DNA of 62,656 nucleotides, the filler included, from Catajapyx aquilonaris (taxonomy: Eukaryota): the NCBI GenBank assembly GCA_000934665.2. It is 4 parts of 4 records of this genome, joined end to end, with 100 filler letters (N's around TTAATTAATTAA, not from the genome) between each part and the next. Parts side by side here need not be neighbours in the genome. Positions count along the whole stretch, not along the records: positions 1 to 15,570 come from JYFJ02007464.1; positions 15,671 to 31,213 come from JYFJ02007466.1; 2 more parts are not named here. One strand, 5' to 3'. Shown one piece after another: positions 11,415 through 22,190 of this stretch. A program made the position numbers and the translations under genes. Within the stretch, counting starts at the first letter, position 1; the number at the start of each line of letters is the position of its first letter. The notes beneath the pieces are model-generated. The model was given only the letters and a program-made list of their open reading frames with translations, was not told the origin of the DNA and did not search any database.

Positions 11415-12510
11415 CAGGGCTGTGAACCGAACCGAACACTTGCTCCGTGAACCCGATAACATCGGAACCACTCCGGAGCAGTAGAGCCGGGTCCGGAGCG
11501 AGCGTCGGAGCTTGGTTCAGGTTCGAGCGGGTTCAGGAGCAGAGTGGAGCCAAGGTCGGAGCGGGTCAGGAGTTTGGTTGGGAGCTTGCCAGCTTGCTCC
11601 GGAGTTTGGTCCAGGCCAACGGCTCCGGAGCTGAACCCGGTTCCGGAGCGGGTTCGGAGCTTGGTTAGGTACAACATACCAACTCAACGGGTGGAAAGGC
11701 TGAAAAACCGCTGGATTTACTCCAGAGTATGCATCATGTTTTCATGCACCTGCCAGAATGACATTTCCAAGCGCCCGCGATACAGGGTGTACCGCAAATG
11801 TCACATTTTATGTCATACGCATTTTTTAATGTTACAATAATTATGTCATACCCATTTTTTGATGTCACATTTTCATGTCACGCATTTGTTACATGGCACA
11901 TTTTTATGCCATACGCATTTTTGTACGTTACAATATGTCGTACACATTTTTGGATGTTACAATATGATATTGTCACATACAACAAATGCGTATGACCATT
12001 AGCTCTTGGTGTGACATGAAAATGTGACATCCAAAAAATGGGTATGACATACTAATTATTGTAACGCACAAAAATGCGTATGGCATCAAAATGTGGCATC
12101 AAAAAAATGGGTGTGACATAATTGTTGTAACATACAAAAATGCGTATGACATAAAAATGTGACATTTGCGGTACACCCTGCATCGCGGGTGCTTGGAAAT
12201 GTCATTCTTACACCATGAAAACATGACGTATACGTTGGAGTAAATACACTGGTTTTTCTGTCTTTCCATCCGTTGAGTTGGTATGTATGACCTAACCAAT
12301 CTGTGAACCGCTCCGAACCCGCTCCGGAGCCGTTGCGTTGGCCTGAACCAAACTCCGGACCCGCTCCGACCTTGGCTCCACTCTGCTCCTGAACCCGCTC
12401 GAACCCGAACCAAGCTCCGACGCTTGCTCCGGACCCGGCTCTACTGCTCCGGAGCGGCTCCGATGTTATCGGGTGCACGGAGCAAGGGTTCGGTTCGGTT
12501 CACAACCCTG
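11415..12510. mobile_element. hAT-type foldback element (1096 bp) with perfect 8-bp TSD
   Basis: CTTTCAGG|CAGGGCTGTGAACCGAACCGAAC ... GTTCGGTTCGGTTCACAACCCTG|CTTTCAGG. Inverted similarity runs over more than 400 bp per arm, with CCGGAGC subterminal repeats. Confidence 0.92.
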
Positions 12511-12939
12511 CTTTCAGGTTTGAGGAGGCCATCTTTGGGGAATTCCTGCTACCAAATGAGCCATCTGGGGCATTTGGAGGTTTCGAATAATTAGTATTAG
12601 CCTTGGCCCATAGTGCATAATCGAAAAAAAAAATGGCACTTAAGCCCTTTATCATTTCCACTCTTCAAATAATGTATCTCTGACTGCACAGATTGGCATG
12701 CAACAGCAATAAGCACTGCCTACAGATATTCTGTTTATTTATCCGTTATTCATGGATTTCATTATTAATTAATTCCATGGCCACATGTGAATCAACCTGG
12801 TGGGTGTTTTATCATAATCCACAGGTTTTTTACAACGTGACAATAACATATGAATACCTAATGTGCAGAATAATCAGAATTACATTTGGGTCGAAAATGA
12901 GTAGATAGGCATAGTGTAATGTAACCTGTGATATGTATT

Positions 12940-13289
12940 TTTTTGTATCCCGTGATGACCCTTATGGGTTCGGTAGGGGGGTGGTACACCACCATTTTTC
13001 TTCCAATTTTCTTGATTCCCTTCACTCCGGTGCAGGACATATTAAGGTGCAGGACATATTAAGGGTAAGGATAGGGATTGGGGGGGGGGGGNGGGGGGGG
13101 GGGTGCAATGCAATGTCTGAAAATGTGTCATGTGCTGTTCCCCAGGAGGTTAGGTTGCCAGACATCTCCAAGGCGCGGGTCAGAAACCCTCCCGACGCAG
13201 GTGAAAGGGAACTCCAAGGCGGGGATTGAACCTGGGACCTTTCACTCAGCAAGCCGAGACGTTTCCATCTCGGCCACCGTACCTCCCCT
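12940..13289 (-). mobile_element. tRNA-derived SINE, family A
   Basis: Minus-strand A box TGGCCGAGATGG and B box GGTTCAATCC. Body shared with the copies at 19222 and 21851. Degenerate TSD CTGTGATATGTATT / CCGTGATACGTATT. Confidence 0.85.
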
Positions 13290-13587
13290 CCGTGATACGT
13301 ATTGTCCAGTCAGATTCCCAAGAGAACAATAATTTCAGCCTGCTAGAGAAATGTTTGCAAAGATATTTTCCCACGAGGGAAAATGAAATCTTCTGATTGA
13401 TAACCGTCAAATTGTAAAATTAATCAAATGTTACCTTGCTCTGATCGTTATGCATTCCAAGATTTCAAATTCTTTTTTACCCGACGGAACGTAATGTGGG
13501 AATCTTCAAATTATCTTACTAATTGGGTATGGTATATAGTCATGCTTAACTGTTTGAACAAATCTGAATCCCAACAAAGAAGATCAG

Positions 13588-14016
13588 ATCCCCCTTCTGA
13601 CACCACGAAATGTGTGACCAGAGCAGTTGGATCACACGGAAGAATAACGCAGTGGGTATGTTCAAGTACAGTAATTTATTTGGCTCGTGAGGCGATAGGT
13701 ACGAAACCGAAAAGGGTGAATGGTAACGGAAAGAGAGTGAGGAATGTCCAGAGGAGCGGACCGACCAAGTGCCTGGATATTCTCCTGGGCACTGGCCTCG
13801 AGTACTCAGCTGCACCCGCTTATAAGGGGGAGGCCGCAAGGCAGGATGGGAGCGAGGCAGATAGCAGGCGCGTGGTGCGCGTCAGGATGGAGGGAGATTA
13901 GAGTGGGCGACAGTCACGTGATATATCAGGTACAGTCATGCCAAAATTAGTTGATACAATGTCGCTGTTACATATGGCCGGACAAATCCGGTCACAGTAG
14001 TATACACCCCCCACTT
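13588..14016 (-). mobile_element. LTR (about 13613-13996) with downstream tRNA-Leu-like PBS and upstream G-rich tract
   Basis: Minus strand TGTGACC...GGTCACA termini, TATAAG and AATAAA inside. PBS TGGTGTCAGAAGGGGGAT at 13588-13605 and AAGTGGGGGG at 14007-14016. Confidence 0.75.
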
Positions 14017-14026
14017 GCAACTCATC

Positions 14027-14260
14027 CGAACATAGCGCGGTTTTAGGTTCCATGGAATATTGAGCGAAAGGGGACATGAATGGATCAAGGAAGTGCACGG
14101 AATCTAGGTCCTAATATGCGACACACCTCTATACGTATCAGACGACAGCATTTGTGTCACTCGGGATCCCAGTGTACCTATAGATTCCGTGCTATTCCTT
14201 GGTTCACTCATTGTCCCTTCACTCGATATTTTATGGAACGTAAAACGGCGCTATGTTCGG
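14027..14260. mobile_element. Degenerate foldback/MITE with about 80-bp arms
   Basis: CCGAACATAGCGCGGTTTTAGGTTCCAT...GCACGGAATCTA matches TAGATTCCGTGC...ATGGAACGTAAAACGGCGCTATGTTCGG. Confidence 0.7.
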
Positions 14261-14629
14261 GGTGAAGTACCGCTCGTCACAGTAAGGCTCCTGCTTGACG
14301 TACGTCGAACCACCTGGTATGGGTTCAGTTTCGCCGGACCTATTTTTTCCTCACTCTATCCTGCGAATAAAATAAACTGCAAGTTACGTGCACCATAAAT
14401 TTGATTTTCTCTCAACCTAGTGTGGTTGGATCACCTGGTTCGGTAGACAATATTTCGACACATCTCTCCGTGGATACCAATATCACGCATGTGGATCCGT
14501 ATTTTCGTTATTATAGGCTTCGTCCAATAAGGCCGAGTTTCCTTCATTTTGAAAAATGCAACAAAGCGAGGTTTTAATTTCCATGATTAAATTGACATCA
14601 CAATAATTATTATCTATTACAACAACTGA

Positions 14630-15166
14630 GGGATGTACTGTAAGATCAAAAGCGGCCAAGTCCGAGTAGTACAATGGCCGTATGAGTACCATGTACGAAA
14701 ATTGTATGTCTTCCTCACGTGTTAGAGCTTGGAGTAAGCAGTTTTCTTGCCTTGGCCTGGAATCACCAGTCAACGACAGCTGCCCAGCTCTGAATCGTTT
14801 ACTCCAGGCTCTAACACGTGACAAATATATGAACTTTTCGTACACAGTACTCATACAGGGATGGATTTTTGTACTCCCGACACTTTCCGCTGTTCGAAAA
14901 CGGATTACCACTCGCATCTCAACATTCGTTGCTTCCATATCTGACATATGGACGGTCTCTTTGATGGGAGGGTCCTAAACAAAAGCACACTGCGACTGTG
15001 TCGAGTGGTCAAATGGCTAACTGTCAGTGTGTCATACTACTGTAGTACACCAGTGCTACCTTCCTTTTTGTGTATAGGACGTTGCAAGAAACCCATCTGG
15101 AAATAAATTTTATATAATTATGACCGTGGCTCGTTTTCATCTGATTGATCTTAATATTACCTCGTA
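14630..15166 (-). mobile_element. Internally deleted mariner transposon relic
   Basis: Minus ORF resembles the mariner N-terminal HTH (MEATNVEMRVVIRF...SRVRAWSKRFRAGQLSLTGDSRP) and contains PLYYSDLAAFD (YSPDLAP-like). TA|CGAGG-type terminus near 15166. Confidence 0.8.
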
Positions 15167-15455
15167 TACAATGACAATCTATAACATAACTTACATAAGT
15201 TTCATTGTTGCACGAGCTTTCATTGGGGGTGTTTTAAAAAAGCTCTGCGTGTAATTAGCAATATGTTTCAAAATGCTTTCAAAGTACTTTTTATTAAGCA
15301 GTCATTTCCGTCCTGTTACATTCCATGAGACTATCATAAATATCAGTGTGTAAAATAAGCTCGAACCTTGACCTCCAATGTCATTCGCAACAAATTGTAC
15401 CAAGAAATTTGTTGCAATTATTCAGACCCTGAAAGGATAATATTTCCATTCAATA

Positions 15456-15570
15456 TAGTCAAAGGTGGGCACAGCTAACCGAAAAATCAGCTTCTCTAAC
15501 AGCTGATCAGCTAACTACAAAAAATTGGATTTGATAAATAGCTAAATTAGCTATTTAGCAAATCCAATTT
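15456..15570 (+). mobile_element. Left end of a hAT-like MITE, cut by the gap
   Basis: CAAAGGTGGGCACAGCTAACC followed by repeated AGCTAA motifs. Confidence 0.4.
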
Positions 15571-15670
15571 NNNNNNNNNNNNNNNNNNNNNNNNNNNNNN
15601 NNNNNNNNNNNNNNTTAATTAATTAANNNNNNNNNNNNNNNNNNNNNNNNNNNNNNNNNNNNNNNNNNNN
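15571..15670. other. Artificial contig spacer
   Basis: N44-TTAATTAATTAA-N44, a six-frame stop linker. Confidence 0.97.
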
Positions 15671-15677
15671 CAAGACA

Positions 15678-15679
<2 letters not shown>

Positions 15680-15711
<32 letters not shown>

Positions 15712-15765
15712 GGGTTGCTTCAAGACCGGGATAAAGTGGCCAAAAGGATTTGAACCCGATAGTAC
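15680..15765. mobile_element. Right TIR of a GTACTAT-terminus MITE with adjacent (GT)n
   Basis: GAAGGGTTGCTTCAAGACCGGGATAAAGTGGCCAAAAGGATTTGAACCCGATAGTAC nearly matches the arms at 24021-24172. Confidence 0.75.
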
Positions 15766-18700
15766 AACCCGGCCTTAAAGTCCGCTCTTCAACTTAAGCA
15801 GTTTTTGAACTATCAGCAAACACCTTTAGGTCCATACCTACGTGATGCGGTGATGCTGGTTATGGTACGGCACACCTTTGAGGAAAATTGGACCAGAATG
15901 AGTGGCACATTCGTACAATTGGAGGGACACTTCTGAATTGAATTACAAGGCAGAAGGGCGTAGAGTAGATCAGTGACCCTAGATATCCAAAATGCGATAT
16001 CTAGTGTATGATCTGGTATGATGTGGCCGCTATAGAATTACCTGCTATCACCTTGGTGCCAGCGGAAAACAAACGAATGATTGGATGCGGTTGGCAGCTA
16101 ATCCAAGTGGCCCCGCAGCGTTTTGGTGTCCCCTATCAACTCGTTTACCAGGCCTAATTATTCGCTGGGAGGAAACAAACTGCCAGCTCAGATCAAATTT
16201 CCGCTTTTTTTTCTCGCCGCCTGTAATTTAATCGGGAAAAAAGTACTCCAATTTTCACGTTCAGCTTACATCCGCCTCTATGCACTTTGCTTTGTATTTA
16301 TTTTAGACCAAGAGTAACGTCATGAACAGATTTACGCACTGTTGAGCAAGTACGACTCGCTAAATTACAACCCCTTTTTTTGCTATTTTCCTGCAATTTT
16401 TTTTTTGTCCACCTGTGTAAGTCTTTTGGAACACATACAAACAACTGGAATATGAGAAAGAGAATTAGTGCTCGCCCCAGCGTAATTAAATACCTTTCAT
16501 GCAATCGATAATATTGTGCAGCACATTACATATGTAAACTACTGCCATTTGGGACCTTCCGAGGTAAAATAGGACGGTGTTTCAGCCCGGGAAGTGAAAT
16601 TCCCACAGGTTCGGTTGGAATTCGGCAGACCAGCAAATTGTCCATATAAGCAATGTAGGAACCCCTCGCACACCATTTTTACCCTTCCAATACCATTATC
16701 CAGTCTCTCGGATTTTTAAAATGCAATTTTGTTGTAGCACCGAACATTGTGAAATCGTGGAGGGATATCCTTATGCGGCTATAAATTTACAAGGATTTGC
16801 GCCCAACTAACCTTATTATATTTTGCAACTGCACTCATTATTAGGAATCATTAGATTCAATTAAATATATTAATTTCCCTCCCTGCATCCCTCCTCGGTT
16901 TTTAGCAACGTTGCATGAGATGCGAGCTACCTGGAAAAGCACAGGCGCATCTGGGAACATCATTAGGAAGTTGTAATGACTTAAGTTCCGCAAAATTTGG
17001 CCAGAAATCTTGATTTACGGTAATATTTCTAGAGAGAGCCCTCCATTGAATCATGTGGGGGTGATATAAGAAATCGCAGAATCCAAGCCTCTTCCAAAAA
17101 GGTTTATAACTTGCTGCCGTTACCGGCACCAGTGGAGTGGGCCAAATTATGGCTTCTTGTCGGAGGAAGGATTTACCAGGGTCAAGTTTCCAAACTTTCT
17201 ACTCTTTTGTGTCCAAGAGATGGATGGATGGATGCCATTTACACCATATTCATTCTCTTCAAAATGGTTTTCATCGTCCGGCTAAACATTCTAAAATCAC
17301 ACGCCGAGTTAAAAACATTGGTAAAAGGGTCAATGTCGTTTCTTATTGGTTCATTCCCCTCTTGCTTCCCCAGGTTCCGTGATGTTGCTCAACTATCAAA
17401 AAATGGGAAGAGGTAATTTCAAGGTTGAAGTGTTTTCCTCTTCTACAGAAATGGTATTTGAGCAGCGTAATACTTCAGCAGAGCATGTTTTGGAAGGAAA
17501 CCAGTACACACTCAATATTCCATACGTTACCTACAGGTATCGAACAGCTCGGATGATATTCTTCTCCAACCGATATATTATATCCTTCGTTTGAAGCGGT
17601 TGCTGACAGAAGCTCATCGCATCACGAAATGCCAAATGGGATTTTCCTTCAGGACGAAACGGATCATTTGCTCAGTTGGTGAGCTTGCAGCTGACAAGAC
17701 CGAAGAGAGTCGCGGGTTAAGAAAAAAATATATATATAGAAAAAAGCTGGTCTAAGATGAAATGCTCTATTCTCTTTTAGGAGCAATATAGACAGTGGTA
17801 TGACCTAAAAAGCCAAACATAGGACCACACATAGTGTAGAGTATACGTTGCGTTGTCTATATATCCGGTATATGAAAACGCATAAATTCCTCTGCATTCC
17901 CTATGCACATTTTCCCTTCAACCGTTCGGATTTTTGCTAAAATGCGCTTGTCCCCCAGTCAAATAACTGATAGCAGAGGTCGGTGACCTTACGATATTCG
18001 CCGCCCCAGAAAATCAATTGAATGTGGTCATAGGTGCAGCTGCATATCCCTAAGCGCGGAGTGGTGTACATTTACATCTGCATGTGGGAACCCTGGTCAT
18101 TACCGAACCCAAAATGCGAATAGTCAGCCAAACAAACCGTTTCATCCATTGCGGGATCTGCATAACATCCACTCGCAGCTTCATCGTTGGCTTTGTTCTT
18201 GCGGAATAAACTCGGTTTGGTCAGGTCCACACATTACTTCTACCAGTTGGAGGTCCCAGCAGCCGAGACCAGTTATATGCATTTTTTTGCACGTTTCTAC
18301 TGAACAAGGTTCTTTCTTCTGTTCGCATGCTGGGGCACCATGAAGAAAAAAAGGTGCAAAAAACATCGTTGTTGAAGATACACCTTTAAGCCAAACTCCT
18401 GGTGACGTGAATCCTTCGCAGCTAATCGGACTTTTACAACGGGAGAATCATTTCGCATGAAAGCGACAATGGCTCCCAATTGCGCGCATTTTGCGAACGA
18501 TCCCGTCTCATTAACCGGGACAAATGAGAGCTGAATACTCCGATTTCAGCACTTTTCAGGCCTGCAAACTGCAACTCTAATCATGGTTGCACACATCCCG
18601 TGAAACTTTCGAACCCTGTAATTCCCATGGAAAAACATGATCCGAGCGCAACAAATCTTTAAAATCCACTTTGCATTTTGTAGGCCTCCTGCGTTGATAA

Positions 18701-19221
18701 ATAGCGAGCACTTATAGGAGGGTTTGCCATCAATCGGATTATGATGCGGAATTAAATTATCCAGATTGGGGCATGGAATGGTGGGCGGGGAAGGGCTATA
18801 ATTCATCGCGACCCGTTGCGTGCAGCTTAACCTCAGCCCGTTTCCTTCGGATGTCAAGCAGCAATTAGGCTCTTGTCAACGCGTGTAATGTCATCTAACT
18901 ACTCATCACAGACCAGATTCTCGGCCCTCCATGTCTCACAGATTGTTTATCGTTATTCACTTTTGCATATCCACAATTATTATGAATCCACTTCATTAGC
19001 CACATGCCCAAGGGGGGGAAACGGCCAATCACTCAACTCTTCATTCGCTCAAATATTTGTGACGTTTTAATTACCATACACGTTATTCCAAAATAACAAT
19101 GTTTATAAAGCCCTCGCGACTACTGTAGTTTTATTTTAATTTGAAAACAAAAGAACATTTCTGTTGTCACTGATTAGCCTCCATTGAACTGTATTGTACA
19201 TATGAAGCTGCCTTGTAACAT

Positions 19222-19560
19222 TTTTTATATTTTTATATTTTACCCCGTGATACAACTATAAGCCGTTATAGGAGGTGGCACACCACCATCAGTTTTCCAG
19301 TGGATATAACTTTTCTACTCTCACCGGTGCAAGGAAACAGGGTAGGGATAGGGATTTTTGGGGAGGGAACATGGGTGCAAGTGCAATGTCTGTTAAGGGG
19401 TAATGTGCTGTTCCCCAGGAGGTTAGGTTGCCAGGCATCTCCAAGGCGCAGGTCGAGACCCTCCTGACGCAGGTGAAAGGGAACTCTCAGGCGGGGATAG
19501 AACCTGGGACCTTTCACTCAGCAAGCCGAGACGTTACCATCTCGGCCACCACACCTCCCC
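19222..19560 (-). mobile_element. tRNA-derived SINE, family A, full length
   Basis: A and B boxes on the minus strand, A-rich tail, perfect 12-bp TSD GCCTTGTAACAT (19210-19221 and 19561-19572). Confidence 0.92.
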
Positions 19561-19954
19561 GCCTTGTAACATAAATAGTTGCATGCCATGCAGAAGAGAA
19601 AATCTACTGTCCACATTATTGGAGTTTATTACACGACGGTATACCTGACAGAACGTTTCATCCTGTCAGTTACTAACCTATGAGCCTCTCTTTCATTGCG
19701 TAAAGCCTACCTGCCAGGCGTCAGGCGCATTATTTTATTGTCGTCGGCGTGTAAAGGCAATGTACTGAATGGTGTAAAATGGGCGCACTCAAGTAAAAGT
19801 ATCGGTGTATAATACATGCTCAACGTCAATTTATATTATTGCTTTTGTGACATAGTCACTGAGGAGACAGCAATGATTTTTAAGTCACAATTCCAGTGGA
19901 TAGAACCACCAATTTCAGCTCGGTTGGCAACTATGAAAATAGGGCATGACAACC

Positions 19955-19986
19955 CAAAGAGCTTAATACTAGTATTAAGCTCTTTG
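19955..19986. mobile_element. 32-bp perfect palindrome with 8-bp TSD (P-element-like footprint or micro-MITE)
   Basis: TGACAACC|CAAAGAGCTTAATACTAGTATTAAGCTCTTTG|TGACAACC. Confidence 0.8.
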
Positions 19987-21850
19987 TGACAACCATTGCC
20001 ATAAAAATTAAAATTAAAATTTTGGAAGCTTCCCAGCGCCTTCTGTAGTACTTGTATTGAGAAAATGAATGCATAGTTGTGGCTTTCAAGCACACAATTT
20101 TATGCCTTCAAACGGGATGAACTTGGTCCAAAATTTCCATTTTACGAAGATAAAAGATTGGAAGATAGTAACCCACAACTGTTAAATTTTTTATTAAGTG
20201 TTGGACCATGCTGGCCAAAATGGCGAGTATAAATTTTTTTTCTGTGCACAATATACAAGTACTACGGAGGAAAATTTATGACGTCATGGCCAAGTCCACC
20301 CCACCACCAGTTGGGGTGGACTAATTTTCTAATGGATCTAATTTTCTCCTTAAAAATTCACTGCTCTGGGTAGGACACATGTTAGCTTAAATATTCGTTA
20401 ATGACATTTTTGGAATGGTGGTCAAGTTCACCCGGCCGCCCAACGTCACTCAATTTGACTAACTTAGAGTGAACGAAGAAAACTGAACTCCACTTTTTTA
20501 CTGCACAAAAAATTAAGGGATTTTTTTGGGTTCTCCGCTGGAAGAAAACCCATCTGCCGAAGTGGACGAGAAAAACAAACCTACCCCCATCAACCCTCGT
20601 CTAGACCTGGTCCAAAGGTAAATCCCGTTTCCCAACTCGTTGGTCCCAGGGGTGACTCTAAACATATATTCAGAGTGCACAAGACTATGTGCAGAAGGAA
20701 GAAGAAAATGCTATCTGTGCCGAAAAAATCTCAAGATGACAGTTATAAGCCTCTTATGTTTATATATACGTGTACTGTACCGTACATAAGTTGTTCATAC
20801 AGCAAAATGCATGGAGGCTGAGCATTCATGGCAAGATCATTCAGTTTGATACTACTGTCTTTTACATTTGAGATAAAATAGGGTGCATCGAAGCAAGATG
20901 CCAATTTTGCATTCAGCATTTTTTGACTCCTCTAGCGTCAGGGCTAGAAGGAATATGTAGCACCAACCTGGCAACCTCCTAAAGAATGCATTTTTTTAAA
21001 AACTAGTGTATTCTCATGTGTGAAATGTAGGAAGAAAGGGTAGATCAATGGTCGAAACTAAAACTAAAACCGACAGTTGGGCGGTTAAGTACAAAGCTTG
21101 TCACATATACGTCAACTAACAATGGCTACAACTGACTCGCACTTCTTTAACAGTCGAAGAGTTGCGTCCAATTTCTACACCACAGCCCAGGTGAGAACGA
21201 CGTGCTCTGCCTCAGATACGGTCTCGAACTCTCCTCTCCTCGAACTGCCTGATGGCCTCTTTGAGCGTTACCTTCGTCGACTGAAATGCGACGAAATTGG
21301 GGCTGTATAGCGTAGGCCAGAGTTGCAGGGTGGTGCACTGCTCCCCGGTTCAAGAGGTGAAGAGGTTACAGTTTGGTTGTCCCAACATCAAGTTTGAACG
21401 GAAACAATATATTATCACTCCAAGTGAAGATAGATCTGATTAATGGTTTCTGCACCTTCAATCATTGTTTCTGGAGTGAACAATGCAAAACTTCTTCTCC
21501 TTGAACTGGGGACTTGATGAGTTCACTATCCTGTATAGGCTGTTTCATAATGGTTCAAACAATCTTTCTTGGTGAATTTCTGTGCACTAATGCACTGTAA
21601 TAATGCCTATACTGTAATTAAGTCATTGTCTTGGGTAACCAATGACCCCATCTGGGAAGTAATGTAGCACTTCCTTGCCGATCTCCCTTGCAAGTTGAGG
21701 GTTACACCATTACAGTTCGAAAGTGAATATTTCTATAAGGGGTTCATAGTTTTTTCGTCGTCCTGCGCCTTGAGTGCAGCAAAATAATGCCATCGTCATG
21801 GTTTGAGCATATTCGGGCATCCATTTCATCTATAATATTAAAATCCTTGC

Positions 21851-22190
21851 GGGGAGGTGTAGATGGCCGAGATGGTAACGTCTCGGCTTGCTGAGTGAAA
21901 GGCCCCAGGTTCGATCCTCGCCTGGGGAACTTTCCTTTCACCTGCGTCAGGAGGGTCTCTGACCTGCACCAAGGAGGTGTCTGGCAACCTAACCTCCTGG
22001 GGAACAGCACATGACCCCTTTACCGACATTGCACTTGCACCAATGTTCCCTCCCCAAAAATCCCTATCCCTACCCTACATCCTTGACTCCTTGCACCGGC
22101 GAATGAAGTAAAATATAGGAAAATGGAGTGAAATGGTGGTATTCCACCCCCCTAAAAAGGCTCAGCCTTATCACGGGGTAACGTAAAAAA
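21851..22190 (+). mobile_element. tRNA-derived SINE, family A
   Basis: GGGGAGGTGTAGATGGCCGAGATGG...GGTTCGATCC head, TCACGGGGTA plus A tail, degenerate TSD AAATCCTTGC / AAATCCCTGC. Confidence 0.9.

Larger units (their letters stand above)
9998..12666. mobile_element. Sola1-like non-autonomous element hosting nested insertions
   Basis: AAAT|GAAGAGTGGAAATGATAAAGGGCCTAAGTGCCAT matches ATGGCACTTAAGCCCTTTATCATTTCCACTCTTC|AAAT. The identical 4-bp AWWT TSD is typical of Sola1. Confidence 0.75.

Noticed and set aside
11184..12478. Paired similar ORFs on opposite strands (also 43376-43618 and 45316-45585)
   Set aside because: Mirror translations of foldback arms, not duplicated genes.
15615..15626. 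TTAATTAATTAA motif recurring three times
   Set aside because: Synthetic six-frame stop linker inside N spacers.
16900..18860. Clusters of short ORFs that might be a decayed gene or transposon
   Set aside because: No family motif I can recognise; needs TBLASTX or HMM searches.
21099..21370. Possible solo LTR (TGTCAC...GTTACA)
   Set aside because: No matching TSD and no canonical poly(A) signal.
21851..21925. tRNA gene call for SINE heads
   Set aside because: A and B boxes are present but there is no proper cloverleaf; each is followed by a shared body, A tail and TSD, so these are SINEs.
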